62,102 bases of DNA, filler included, from Deltaproteobacteria bacterium (GCA_030698575.1; 10 parts of 10 records of this genome joined end to end with filler, not necessarily neighbours in it); one strand, 5' to 3'; counted from the first letter of the whole stretch, positions 1 through 10,133 are shown. Numbers and translations: made by a program. The notes: generated by a model from the letters alone, not told the origin.

Positions 1-738
1 CTCGAGCACGCCGCCGCGCCCCTCCACCTCGTACCGCTCCCCTTCCGCCAGCGACTGCCGCAGGTAGTGGCCCGCCAGGATGGCGCGCACGACCTCGCGC
101 GAACCGAGCGCGAAGGCCAGCGAGACGCCGAGGCCGAAGGCCGCAAGGAGCGCCGTCACTCCGGTGACGAGTATCTGCGTGTCGATCCCAAGCTGTTCGG
201 CGCCCAGGATGCCCACGATGAAGATCGAGATGACGCGCGCCGCCGACCCGAGCTGACGCGGAAAGGCGAACTGCGCGGCGGCGGCGGCCGAGCTCGTCAC
301 GTTTCCCACGAAGCGGGCGAAGAGCAGCCCGATGATGACGATGAGCGCCGTCGCGACGAGTTTGGGGAGGTAGGCGATGAGGCGGTCGATGGTTCCCGTC
401 ACGGCCGTGAGATGAAGCGTCTCGAACGCCGAGAGCACGAAGATGAGCATCAGGAACCAGAACAGTACCAGCGCGATGAGATCCGAGAGTTTCCGTCCCA
501 CGCCAGCCCCGCGAAGCGTCTCGGCGATGCCCAGCCGCTCCACCGTGCGGTTCAGCCCCATGCGATCGAGCAGCCTCCGTGAAACGATCTCGAGGACCTT
601 CGAAACCCCCCATCCAACGGCGAGAATCGCGATGGCGCCGACGACGTTCGGCGCGAAGCCGGCCAGCGTCCGGCCCATCTCCGTGAACGAGGAAACGAGA
701 ATCTCGCGCCACGCCTCCAGATCGAACACGCCATTCAT
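1..738 (-). CDS. Small-conductance mechanosensitive channel family protein with TM-helix repeats (CmpX-like), 3' end off the window
   Basis: Not in the ORF track; hand-translated MNGVFDLEAWREILVSSFTEMGRTLAGFAPNVVGAIAILAVGW...IAYLPKLVATALIVIIG...LAFALGSREVVRAILAGHYLR. GGAGGTG RBS upstream; open to position 1. Confidence 0.8.
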   Translation of the reverse strand, partial: MNGVFDLEAWREILVSSFTEMGRTLAGFAPNVVGAIAILAVGWGVSKVLEIVSRRLLDRMGLNRTVERLGIAETLRGAGVGRKLSDLIALVLFWFLMLIFVLSAFETLHLTAVTGTIDRLIAYLPKLVATALIVIIGLLFARFVGNVTSSAAAAAQFAFPRQLGSAARVISIFIVGILGAEQLGIDTQILVTGVTALLAAFGLGVSLAFALGSREVVRAILAGHYLRQSLAEGERYEVEGRGGVLE

Positions 739-821
739 GTGGCACCTCCATGGGACAAGCGGAACCCACTGCTACAGAATAGTGTCACAAGCAGGGAATG
801 ATCAAGCAGGCCGCGGCGCTA

Positions 822-961
822 CGCATGTCATTGCGAGGAGGGCCGCCCGAGGACCCGCGCGACGCGCGGGCCGAGAAAACTCTTGGAACGCCCGACGAAG
901 CAATCCCCTTCGCGCTTGCCGGGAGATTGCTTCGTCGCTTCGCTCCTCGCAATGACATGCG
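822..961. repeat. REP/RPE-like palindromic element (GTCATTGCGAGGAG...GACGAAGCAATC family), full inverted pair
   Basis: CGCATGTCATTGCGAGGAG (822-840) is the reverse complement of CTCCTCGCAATGACATGCG (943-961); inner GACGAAGCAATC/GATTGCTTCGTC pair. Related copies at about 37255, 38711 and 51031. Confidence 0.85.
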
Positions 962-980
962 ACGGTGCGCATCCGAACGG

Positions 981-3656
981 CTAGCGCGGCGCGAGAAGCG
1001 CGACGGGGAGCGTGCGGAAGACGTCTCGCAGCGGCAGGGTGGGCGCGCCGTTCGCACTGTCGGTCTCGATCGCGGCGCCCGTCAACTGATCGATCCAGTG
1101 GCACGGCGCCGTTTCGGGAAGATCGATGCGCGCGTCTCCCCAGGCTTCGCCCGTCACCCGTCCGGTGACTTCGCCAGAAGCCCGGCCACCCGCTTCTGCC
1201 ACGCGCGTGAACATCCGCCCCGCGGCCGCCACGCACCACGCGCCTTCACGCGCGCGAGCGAAGCCGCACACGCTTCCTGCCTGCGCGCCGCGCGCCGTGA
1301 GCGGCAGGTAGTCGCCGCGGGCGTAAAGTGCTGCGTTCGCCCGCCGGTGGGCGAGTGCCGCGCGCATGACGTGAAGCTTGATCCGCCCGTCGCGCCAGGT
1401 GTGAAGCAGCCGGGCCGCCAGCGCGCCGCGATCGGCTTCCCCTTCCAGCGCTTCCACCGCCGCCCGGCGCGCCGCGTAATCCACGGGGCGACGGTTATCC
1501 GGATCGACCAGCCGGAAGTCCCAGAACTCGGTCCCCTGATAAAAATCGGGAACGCCGGGCGAGGCAATCTTGAGAACGAGCTGCGAGAGGGAGTTCAGCG
1601 CCCCCGGCCAGGCAATGCGATCGTGGAAGCGCTCCAGATCGTCGATGAACGGGCCGGCGCCGGCGCCGCCAAGAATGTCCTGGACAAAGCCGTCGACCGC
1701 GGCCTCGTAGTCCTCGCGCGCGTCGATCCAGCGCGTGTGGACCTTCGCCTCACGAAGCGCCTTTCGCATGAACTCCCGAATGCGGCCGGCGAACCGCTCC
1801 CGCGCGGCCCCATCCGGCGGCGTGAGGGGCCAGGCGCCCACGATGGTCTGGTAGAGCAAGTACTCCTCGTTCGCGTCCGGCGCGAGCCCGCCGTCAACTG
1901 CCCTTCTGAAACCCCGGTTCAGCTCCCGCCAGCGCCCCACCGCCGCCTCCCAGGTCTCGGGCATCTCGGTGAGCACGTCGACGCGCGCGCGCGTGTCTTC
2001 GCCGCGCTTGGTGTCGTGCGTGGAGGTCGCGAGCAGCCCGTCGGGCCAGCGCGCCCGGCGATGTGCGTTGCGCGCGTGGAACGCCCCGGGTGAGACGCCC
2101 GCGTGCGCGGGTTCGCCCCCGACTTCGTTCAGCGAGAGGAGCGCCACGTGCCGGTAGAACAACGTATCCTCCACGCCCTTGGCCATGATGGGCGCGGTGA
2201 GCTGCTGGAAGCGGACGACGAAGTCGAGGCGCGCGGCGCCCTCGTCCGACGAACTGTCGGGCGGCGCCGCGGGATCGATCGCGCGGGCGACGAAGTCGAA
2301 GGCCGCCGCGGAAACTTCGGCATGGCGTGCGCGCGCGGCGGCAAAGGCTTCCCGCACGTAGCCCTGCTCGGGCGCTGCGAACCCGGCGTCGCCCCGGCGC
2401 AGGTAGGTCCGGTAGACGGGAAAGCAGGCGATGACGGCGATGAGCGCAGCCCGCAGATCGGGCTCCGAAGGGGCGCCGCTGTCACGTCCGGGCCGTGGCA
2501 GCGCAGCCAGGCGGCGCACCAGCCCCGCCAGTTCGGCCGGAAAGCGCGACTCCAGGACCTCGCGCTTGCACGCGCGGGCGAAATCATCGAACGGCACGTC
2601 GCTTCCGGTGATCCGGCTGTAGGAGATCCGGATGGCGCGGGCGCCCTGCGGATCGACGAAGAGGCCGTTCAGATCGTTCAGGAACTCGTAGCCGGTCGTT
2701 CCGTGCACCGCCCAGTCGTCGCGCAACCGCTCTTCGCCGGCGAGAATCTTCTCGGCTACGACGTAGAGGGCGCGCGCGTCGCCGCCCCCGGGCAACGCGC
2801 TCCCCGCCGCCCGCGCGCAGCCCGCCTGCAAATCTCGGAAGTAGCCCGTCGGGTCGGCCAGCCCGTCGGGATGATCGATCCGGACGCCGGTAACCCAGCC
2901 CTCCCCCACCCAGCGAAAGACTTCCGCGTGTACGGCGGCGAAGACCTCCGGATCCTCGACCCGCAGGCCGGCGAGATGCGAGATGTCGAAGAAGCGGCGG
3001 TAGTTGATGCGTCGCAGGCCGTCGCGCCAGTAGGCCAGCACGTAGTGCTGCGCCGACAGGATCGACTCCAGCTCCTTGCCGCCGGCGCGCCCGTCCGCGA
3101 TCAGTTCGCGCAGCGCATCGGTGCTCTCCGGCGAGACCGGAAAGGGGCGATCGAAGTAGCGGATGACGGGCCGGTCACCCTCGAGCGCAGGCTTGAGTTC
3201 ACCCCGCGCCAGGACCTCGGCGAGAGGCGCGCCGAGCACCGGGAGCAGGACCTTCCCTCGAAGGGCCTCGTCGGGCGGGCGCCAGTCGATGTCGAAGTAG
3301 CGCGCGTACCGTGAGCCCTCGCCGTTCGTCAGCACGTCCTCCCACCAGGCGTTCGACGGATCGGCGATGCCCATGTGATTCGGAACGAGATCGAGCAGGA
3401 GCCCCATGCCGCGCGCGCGCAGCGCGCCGGCGAGGCGCGCGAGATCCTCCGGCGCGCCCAGCAGGGGGTTCAGGCGTCCGTAGTCGGTCGCATCGTAGCC
3501 GTGCGTGCTTCCGGCGCGCGCCTGGAAGAGCGGCGAGGCGTAGAGATCGGTGATTCCGAGCGATTCGAGGTAGGGCACGAGGCGCAGCGCCGCATCGAGC
3601 GGAAACTCGCCGTTGAACTGGAAGCGGTAGGTGGCGACTGGGGTGCGGACTGGCAT
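981..3656 (-). CDS. treY: Malto-oligosyltrehalose synthase (GH13)
   Basis: PVATYRFQ start, GSTHGYD, DLVPNHM, RIDHPDGL, KGVEDT, STHDTKRGED, PGVPDFYQGTE, LVDPDNRRPVD; adjacent to treZ. Confidence 0.95.
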   Translation of the reverse strand: MPVRTPVATYRFQFNGEFPLDAALRLVPYLESLGITDLYASPLFQARAGSTHGYDATDYGRLNPLLGAPEDLARLAGALRARGMGLLLDLVPNHMGIADPSNAWWEDVLTNGEGSRYARYFDIDWRPPDEALRGKVLLPVLGAPLAEVLARGELKPALEGDRPVIRYFDRPFPVSPESTDALRELIADGRAGGKELESILSAQHYVLAYWRDGLRRINYRRFFDISHLAGLRVEDPEVFAAVHAEVFRWVGEGWVTGVRIDHPDGLADPTGYFRDLQAGCARAAGSALPGGGDARALYVVAEKILAGEERLRDDWAVHGTTGYEFLNDLNGLFVDPQGARAIRISYSRITGSDVPFDDFARACKREVLESRFPAELAGLVRRLAALPRPGRDSGAPSEPDLRAALIAVIACFPVYRTYLRRGDAGFAAPEQGYVREAFAAARARHAEVSAAAFDFVARAIDPAAPPDSSSDEGAARLDFVVRFQQLTAPIMAKGVEDTLFYRHVALLSLNEVGGEPAHAGVSPGAFHARNAHRRARWPDGLLATSTHDTKRGEDTRARVDVLTEMPETWEAAVGRWRELNRGFRRAVDGGLAPDANEEYLLYQTIVGAWPLTPPDGAARERFAGRIREFMRKALREAKVHTRWIDAREDYEAAVDGFVQDILGGAGAGPFIDDLERFHDRIAWPGALNSLSQLVLKIASPGVPDFYQGTEFWDFRLVDPDNRRPVDYAARRAAVEALEGEADRGALAARLLHTWRDGRIKLHVMRAALAHRRANAALYARGDYLPLTARGAQAGSVCGFARAREGAWCVAAAGRMFTRVAEAGGRASGEVTGRVTGEAWGDARIDLPETAPCHWIDQLTGAAIETDSANGAPTLPLRDVFRTLPVALLAPR

Positions 3657-3669
3657 CACGCGTCGAGCC

Positions 3670-5538
3670 TCAAGCCGGCGCGCCCCCCTCCCGGCGGTAC
3701 AGCGCGCAGGAGAGCGGCGGGAAATCCACCTTGCAACCGGACCCGCCCGGCGGCGCTCCCGCAAGCGTTTCGGGCAGGGCACTCCCGCCGCCGCGCCAGG
3801 CGGGGTCGGCGCTGTCGAGGATCTTGCGCCAGCGCCCTTCCGGAACTTCGAGCGGAAGCGAGGCCGCGGCGCGGCCGAAGTGGAAGAACGCCGTCACGGC
3901 GTCGCCCCCGCCCCAGCGACGCATCGTGAGGAGACGTTCGGGATCTCGCGCGCGCGCCTCGAGCGCGCCCTCGGCGCCCGGCGCGAGCGCGGGAAGCGCG
4001 CGGCGAAGCTCAATCAGCCGCTTGTAGAAAGCGAGCAGCGTCTTGTGCGGCTCCTTCCCGCGAAGCGCGGGATCGGGCCGCGATCGTTCAAAGGTGGACT
4101 CGGCCTGGGGATCGGGCGCCTCGCCCGCCCAGGCGAAGGCGGCGAACTCCGCGCGCCTGCCGGCCCGCACGGCCTCGACCAGCGCCGGATCGCCGTGGCT
4201 CACGAAATAGAGGAAGGGCGCCGGGTCGCCGTACTCCTCCCCCATGAACAGCAGCGGAACGTAAGGCGAGAGCAGCACCGTGGCGGCGGCCAGCTTCAGC
4301 CCCTCGAAGGAGACGAGCGTGCCCAGCCGATCGCCGTGCATGCGGTTGCCGATCTGATCGTGATTCTGCGCGAAGACGACGAACTGCCGCGGCGGCAGAT
4401 CACGCGCCGGGTTTCCGTGGCGGCGCTTCCGGTAGATCGAGTGCCGGCCGTTGTAGACGAAGCGCTCACGGAGCGCCCGCTCAAGGTGCGCCGTCTCGCC
4501 GAAGTCCTCGTAGTAGCCCGCCGTCTCGCCGGTGAGCAGCGCGTGAAGCGCGTGATGGAAGTCGTCGCTCCACTGCGCGTCGAGCCCGAGGCCGCCCGCC
4601 TCGCGGGGGCGGATGACGCGGCTGTCGTTCAGATCGCTCTCGGCGATGAGCAGGACTTCGCGCCCGCACGCCTTCCCGTAGTCGTGCACGGCGTCGCCCA
4701 GCTCCCGCAGGAACGGCTCGGCGCTGAAATCACAAATGCCGTGGATGGCGTCGAGGCGCAGGGCGTCGATGTGGCAGTCGCCGGCCCAGTAGAGCGCGTT
4801 CTCGATGAAATAGCGGCGGACCTCGTCGCTCAACGGCCCGTCGAAGTTCAGCGCCCGTCCCCAGGGGGTCTCGTAGCGATCGGTGAAGTACGGGCCGTAC
4901 TCACCGAGATAGTTCCCATCGGGGCCGAGGTGGTTGTAGACGACGTCGAGCACCACGGCCATGCCGCGGGCGTGACATGCGTCGACGAGTCGCCGGAGCC
5001 CCGCCGGGCCGCCGTAACTGTTCTGGGCGGCGAAGGGGAAGACTCCGTCGTAGCCCCAGTTGCGCGCGCCCGGAAACTGCGCGACCGGCATCAGCTCGAT
5101 GGCGGTAACGCCCAGATCGCGCAGGGCATCGAGGCGCGGGATAACGGCGTCGAAGGTCCCCTGGGGCGTGAAGACGCCGACGTGAAGCTCGTAGAGGAGA
5201 TAGTCCGCGAGCGGAAGGCCGCCCCAGGCGACGTCGGTCCAGGCGAAGGCGCGGTCGTCGACCCCGGAGGGGCCGTGCACGCCTTCGGGCTGCAGGCGCG
5301 AGGCCGGGTCGGGGCGCTCGCGATCGCCGTCGAGGCGGTAGCGGTAGCGGCTGCCGGGCGGGGCTTCTTCGATTACGCCCTGGTGATAGCCATGCGCGGC
5401 GGCCGCCAGCGCGACCGCCCGGGGTTCGGGATGCTCGAAGACGACCTCGACGCGCTCCGCCGAGGGCGCCCAGAGACGGAAGGACGTCCGGCCGCTTCCC
5501 TCATGCAGCGCTCCGAGCGTAAGCGACGGCACCCTCAC
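3670..5538 (-). CDS. treZ: Malto-oligosyltrehalose trehalohydrolase (GH13)
   Basis: FRLWAP, PDPASRxQPEGVHGPS, YELHVG, RNWGYDGV, DVVYNHLGP, LRLDAIH, QNHDQIGNR, LFMGEEYG. Confidence 0.95.
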   Translation of the reverse strand: MRVPSLTLGALHEGSGRTSFRLWAPSAERVEVVFEHPEPRAVALAAAAHGYHQGVIEEAPPGSRYRYRLDGDRERPDPASRLQPEGVHGPSGVDDRAFAWTDVAWGGLPLADYLLYELHVGVFTPQGTFDAVIPRLDALRDLGVTAIELMPVAQFPGARNWGYDGVFPFAAQNSYGGPAGLRRLVDACHARGMAVVLDVVYNHLGPDGNYLGEYGPYFTDRYETPWGRALNFDGPLSDEVRRYFIENALYWAGDCHIDALRLDAIHGICDFSAEPFLRELGDAVHDYGKACGREVLLIAESDLNDSRVIRPREAGGLGLDAQWSDDFHHALHALLTGETAGYYEDFGETAHLERALRERFVYNGRHSIYRKRRHGNPARDLPPRQFVVFAQNHDQIGNRMHGDRLGTLVSFEGLKLAAATVLLSPYVPLLFMGEEYGDPAPFLYFVSHGDPALVEAVRAGRRAEFAAFAWAGEAPDPQAESTFERSRPDPALRGKEPHKTLLAFYKRLIELRRALPALAPGAEGALEARARDPERLLTMRRWGGGDAVTAFFHFGRAAASLPLEVPEGRWRKILDSADPAWRGGGSALPETLAGAPPGGSGCKVDFPPLSCALYRREGGAPA

Positions 5539-5737
5539 GAAGTCTTCCCGCCGGACTCTCCGGCCCCCTCNNNNNNNNNNNNNNNNNNNNNNNNNNNNNN
5601 NNNNNNNNNNNNNNTTAATTAATTAANNNNNNNNNNNNNNNNNNNNNNNNNNNNNNNNNNNNNNNNNNNNTTCGAGACCCTTCCCAACCTCCTCTGGGTC
5701 TAGCAGATCGAGCTCTGAAAGGACCGCCAGGGCCTGG

Positions 5738-7024
5738 ATCGTCGTAGTTGTCGGGGCCCAGTGGGGCGATGTGGGCAAGGGCAAGGTCGTCGACATCCTG
5801 TCGGTGAACGCCCGCGTCATCGTTCGCTTTCAGGGGGGGAACAACGCCGGCCACACGCTCGTCGTCGGCGGTGAGAAGACCATCCTCCATCACATTCCGA
5901 GCGGTGTCCTTCATCCCGACAAGCTGTGCGCCATCGGGCCTGGCGTGGTGATCGATCCGGAAGTCCTCCTGTCGGAGATCGATGCCCTTCGCGCCCGCGG
6001 ATTCCTGAAGGATCCCGGCGCGCTGCGAATTTCCTCCAACGCCCACGTCATCATGCCCTATCACCGCGCGCTGGATCTCGCCCGCGAGCAGGCCCGCGGA
6101 AAGGGAAAGATCGGCACCACGGGACGGGGCATCGGCCCTTGTTACGAGGACAAGATGGGCCGCAGCGGCATCCGGCTGAACGATCTCTTCGAGGCGAAAA
6201 CGCTCCGGGAGAAGATCGATCGGGCACTTCCCGAGAAGAACATCCTGCTCTCGAAGCTCTATGGCCAGGAGGAAATGAAGAGCGACGAGATAGCGGCGCG
6301 CCATGCCGCCTTCGGTGAGAGGCTGCGCCCCTTCGCCGATGACGTATCCGAGCTTATCGCCCGGGAGTCGAAGGCCGATCACTCCATCCTCTTCGAGGGG
6401 GCGCAGGGCGTGCTCCTCGATCTCGATCACGGCACCTATCCCTTTGTGACCTCCTCGAACACCGTGGCCGGGGGCGCCTGCACCGGCGCGGGCGTCGGGC
6501 CGACGCGCATCGATTCGGTGGTGGGGATCACCAAGGCGTACGCCACCCGGGTGGGCAGCGGGCCCTTCCCGACGGAGCTCGACGATGTGGTCGGGAAGCG
6601 GCTCCAGGAGCGAGGCAAGGAGTTCGGCTCCACCACCGGACGGGCGCGCCGCTGCGGCTGGGTCGACGCCGTGGCGCTCCGCTACGCGGTGCGCGTGTCC
6701 GGGATCCAGGGGTTCGTGGTGAACAAACTCGACGTGCTCTCCGGGATCAATCCGGTGAAGATCGCCACGGCCTACAGGCGCGACGGGGATATCGTCAAGG
6801 AGTTTCCCTCCACGCCGCGGGAGCTCGCGGCCTGCGATCCGGTTTACGAGGAGATGGAAGGTTGGAGCGAGGACGTCCGGAAAGCCCGCAAGATGAGCGA
6901 ACTGCCAGCCGCCGCGCGCCGGTATCTTGATCGCATCTCCGAACTTAGCGAGACAGGCATCCTCATGGTCAGCGTCGGCCCGGGCCGCGAGGAGACCATC
7001 CGCATCAAGAACCCCTTCGATTGA
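5738..7024 (+). CDS. purA: Adenylosuccinate synthetase (true start missing near the contig edge)
   Basis: IVVVVGAQWGDVGKGK, RFQGGNNAGHT, IGTTGRGIGPCYEDK, EGAQG, GTYPFVTSS, EFGSTTGRARRCGW. No in-frame start codon between the contig edge and the P-loop. Confidence 0.93.
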   Translation: MVVVVGAQWGDVGKGKVVDILSVNARVIVRFQGGNNAGHTLVVGGEKTILHHIPSGVLHPDKLCAIGPGVVIDPEVLLSEIDALRARGFLKDPGALRISSNAHVIMPYHRALDLAREQARGKGKIGTTGRGIGPCYEDKMGRSGIRLNDLFEAKTLREKIDRALPEKNILLSKLYGQEEMKSDEIAARHAAFGERLRPFADDVSELIARESKADHSILFEGAQGVLLDLDHGTYPFVTSSNTVAGGACTGAGVGPTRIDSVVGITKAYATRVGSGPFPTELDDVVGKRLQERGKEFGSTTGRARRCGWVDAVALRYAVRVSGIQGFVVNKLDVLSGINPVKIATAYRRDGDIVKEFPSTPRELAACDPVYEEMEGWSEDVRKARKMSELPAAARRYLDRISELSETGILMVSVGPGREETIRIKNPFD

Positions 7025-8913
7025 ACGCACGCAACCTCGCCCTTTCGCTCGTTTCACTCCTCCTGTGCCTCGCGCTCGTGGAAGGTGCGCTCGCGCTGGC
7101 GGGCTTCGAGCCTCCCGACACCGGGTACTTCCGTCGCGATGCCCGCCTCGGGTTCGTGCTGGAGCCCGGCGACTATCCCGAGGGCATCCACATCAACCCG
7201 GACGGCTACCGCGGCCCGGATCTGCTCCCCCCGAGGGAGGGGCGTGTCCGGATCGTGACGCTCGGTGACTCCTGCACCTTCGGCGTAAACATCCCGGACG
7301 AATCGCAAACCTACTCCCGTGTTCTCGAGCGGCTGCTGCGCGAGCGTGGCCTCGACGCCGAGGTCGTCAACGCGGGCGTCCCCGGGTACACGAGCTTCCA
7401 GGGAACGCTTCTCCTCCCCGAGCTGGAGCGTCTTCGTCCCGACGCGATCACGATCTACTACGGCTGGAATGATCACTGGCTCGGGGGATTTCTGAGCGAT
7501 CGGGCCATGGTGGAGAACCCCATCCTGCTGCGGGTGAATATCATCGCCTCGCAGAGCCGCGTGTACCACGCCATGAAGCGGGTACTGGGGGTCAGCCGCC
7601 CCCCAAGGGCGAAGGAGGCCATGATGGTTCCGCTGGGCCTCGGGGGCCTGATCCACCGGGCGGAGAGCTACCGGGTGCCGACCGATCAGTACCGGGAGAA
7701 TCTCGAAGAGATCGTGACCTGGAGCAAGAAGCATCGCGTGCGGGTGATCCTGATCACGGCGCCGGAGGGAATCGATCGCACGGGGGCGGGCGATGCGGCG
7801 GCCTGGCGGAAGAATCTGATCAAGCGGGAGGATTCGCTGCCGCTCCTCCACGCGGCTTACAACGATCGGGTGCGGTCAGTGGCCGATGGACGCCGCGTGC
7901 CGCTCATCGACGCGGCCGAGATTCTCCGGCGGGCGGGAAACGAATTCTTCATCCATCCGATCGCCGATCCGGTGCACCCCGCCGCCGCAGGGCACGCGCT
8001 CATCGCAGAGGCGCTGGCGGACGAGCTGGGCGATCTGGCGCCGCGGAAGGGCCCCGAAGAGGCTCGCGCCGCAGCGGTGGACCGGGCGCTGCGCCGGGCC
8101 GGCGACTGGTATCTGGCCGCGGGCGACACTTTCGTCTGCGATGACGAACCGCTCGATCGTAGCGACGCCAAGTACATGTGGTTCCTCTGGCGCGCCGCGT
8201 CTCTATCGGGAGACGAGCCCTTGAAGCGGATGCTCCTCCGGGCCATGAACGCATGCGCCCGTGTGGACGCGCGCTACGAGGTCTTCGAGCGGCTCCTCCC
8301 GCCCGAGGTGAAGCGGTACAGCTTCGGCATCGGCGCGCAGGTGGCGCTCGGCATCCACGAAGATTCGGCGCGCTGGGCGGTGAACTGCGAGCGATACACA
8401 CTGGGGGACGCCACGCGCGATCGGCTGCTTGCCACCCGCTACCTCTTCGAGCACGCGGGGAACCGGCTGAACCGGAAGAGCTACGCGCTCACACATATGC
8501 TCATGGCCTTCGTCTGGTTCAAGCAGACCGAGCCCGCGACGGGAGTCTGCGCCGAGCCGGATCTGGTCGACCGGCGGATACGCGAGGTCGCCAATCGGAC
8601 CGCCTGGGAGCACTACACGGGACTCGGCAATTTAGGGGGATACGAGGGCACGCGCCGACGCCTGCCCGAGGGCGGGGCCCGGTACGCGATGCAGGACATC
8701 ACGGGGCAGCGGATCGGGATCATTCTGGAATCGGGGCACCCCGAGCTTGTCCGCCCTGAATGGCTGGATCACCTCGTGGCCACCCAGAACCCCGACGGCG
8801 GCTGGAGCCCGAACGAGGGGCAGCCTTCCTCGCAGCACACCACGATGTGCGCCATGTGGGCGCTCGCTCAGGCGCGCCATACCTACGCGAAGGAGCTGGG
8901 CTACGCGCGGTAG
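7021..8913 (+). CDS. Membrane-anchored SGNH/GDSL hydrolase fused to a C-terminal helical domain with a QNPDGGW motif
   Basis: N-terminal TM helix; SGNH blocks GDSCT, NAGVPGY, GWND, DPVH; C-terminal YALTH...QNPDGGW...SSQHTT. Confidence 0.75.
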   Translation: MNARNLALSLVSLLLCLALVEGALALAGFEPPDTGYFRRDARLGFVLEPGDYPEGIHINPDGYRGPDLLPPREGRVRIVTLGDSCTFGVNIPDESQTYSRVLERLLRERGLDAEVVNAGVPGYTSFQGTLLLPELERLRPDAITIYYGWNDHWLGGFLSDRAMVENPILLRVNIIASQSRVYHAMKRVLGVSRPPRAKEAMMVPLGLGGLIHRAESYRVPTDQYRENLEEIVTWSKKHRVRVILITAPEGIDRTGAGDAAAWRKNLIKREDSLPLLHAAYNDRVRSVADGRRVPLIDAAEILRRAGNEFFIHPIADPVHPAAAGHALIAEALADELGDLAPRKGPEEARAAAVDRALRRAGDWYLAAGDTFVCDDEPLDRSDAKYMWFLWRAASLSGDEPLKRMLLRAMNACARVDARYEVFERLLPPEVKRYSFGIGAQVALGIHEDSARWAVNCERYTLGDATRDRLLATRYLFEHAGNRLNRKSYALTHMLMAFVWFKQTEPATGVCAEPDLVDRRIREVANRTAWEHYTGLGNLGGYEGTRRRLPEGGARYAMQDITGQRIGIILESGHPELVRPEWLDHLVATQNPDGGWSPNEGQPSSQHTTMCAMWALAQARHTYAKELGYAR

Positions 8914-10133
8914 CACCGCTTCGCGGCCAGCACGTAGATGGCCGCGGCCGGAACCAGCTTGAAGCCGTGCAGCGCGAGCGCCTGGGCCGCCGTCCAGCCG
9001 AACTCGGGGCTCCAGCTCTCGATGCCGCCGGTCGGCAGCAGCGCGTAGGGCGTCGGCAGGGCGAGCCACAACGCAGCCGCCGGCAGGACCCACCCGCCCG
9101 CGCCTCGCGCCGCAAGCGCCGCCGCGCCGGCGATCACCAGCAGAAAATCGGCCTCCCCGACGTCCACGCCCGTCGCAACCCACGTGCAGGCCCAGAGGGC
9201 CACGACGGCCCCGATCTGATCGCTCCGGCGCGCCCGCCAGGAGAGAAGGGCGGCCAGTCCCACCAGGGCGAAGACGGCGAGGCGCATGAGGATGAGCGTC
9301 AGAATGTTCAGATCGTAGATCACCCGCCCGGCGATCGGTATCGAGAGCGGCCGATCCGGGACCAGGTTCCTGAGTGCCGAGAAGAGAAAGGCCTGGAGCC
9401 CCAGGTTTCCCGGATAGGATTCTCCGTAGGGATGCCGCGTGAGGTAGCTCATGACGTCGTCAGGGTGCAGTGCGAGCAGGAGGGCGCTCGCGGCGATCGC
9501 GGCCGCCGCGCCGAGCATGTAGGGCCATCGCCGGAGGCGAATCAGCTGGAAGAGAAGCCCCAGGAAGAAGGGGCGCAGCGCGATGAGCGCCGCGTAGGCG
9601 GCCGCGCCGCCGCGCCCCTCGAGACATGCGGCCGACAGCAGCCCGAGCGCCGCAAGCGACTGGGGTGACTCGACCCCGAGCGAAACGAGGTAGGGCGTGC
9701 CGAGCGCCCAGGCGGACAGAAAGGCAAGCGCCGCCCCGCGGTGCGCGACGCGGCGCCAGATGAGCCGCGCGGCGAGAAGCAGCGCCAGCTCGTTCACGAG
9801 CAGCCAGGCGGGGAAGCGGCCGCCGTCCGGCAGCGGGGCGAAGGGCGCGCCGAGCAGCGCTATCTCCAGGGGTGTGGCGCGCGACGCCATGGCGTCGTAG
9901 GGACCGAAAGCGGGCGGAAGCGCCCGGGCGTCGTAGAGCCCCCGCCCCGCGAGCGCGCCGCGCACGCCTTCGACAAAGATTTGAATCGTGGTGGGGCGGC
10001 CGGGCTGAAAGCTCATCTCGAAGGAGAGCTGCCCGAGCGAGCCGCCGATGAGCAGTGCGAGCAGCAGCACGTGAGACGCGGCGATGCCTGCGAGCCACCG
10101 GCGCGTGTAGTTCTTCGAAGCAGGGGTGGTCAT
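8901..10133 (-). CDS. Polytopic membrane protein, GT87/DUF2029-like (GT-C) glycosyltransferase
   Basis: Many TM helices; GRGLYD...TPLEIALLGAPFAPLP...AWLLVN resembles the GT87 N-terminus; YPGNLGLQ segment. Confidence 0.5.
   Translation of the reverse strand: MTTPASKNYTRRWLAGIAASHVLLLALLIGGSLGQLSFEMSFQPGRPTTIQIFVEGVRGALAGRGLYDARALPPAFGPYDAMASRATPLEIALLGAPFAPLPDGGRFPAWLLVNELALLLAARLIWRRVAHRGAALAFLSAWALGTPYLVSLGVESPQSLAALGLLSAACLEGRGGAAAYAALIALRPFFLGLLFQLIRLRRWPYMLGAAAAIAASALLLALHPDDVMSYLTRHPYGESYPGNLGLQAFLFSALRNLVPDRPLSIPIAGRVIYDLNILTLILMRLAVFALVGLAALLSWRARRSDQIGAVVALWACTWVATGVDVGEADFLLVIAGAAALAARGAGGWVLPAAALWLALPTPYALLPTGGIESWSPEFGWTAAQALALHGFKLVPAAAIYVLAAKRCYRA

Noticed and set aside
5571-5670. 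TTAATTAATTAA flanked by N runs, repeated nine times
   Set aside because: Artificial contig linker with stops in all six frames. ORFs ending in X...LIN and any gene adjacency across linkers are meaningless.
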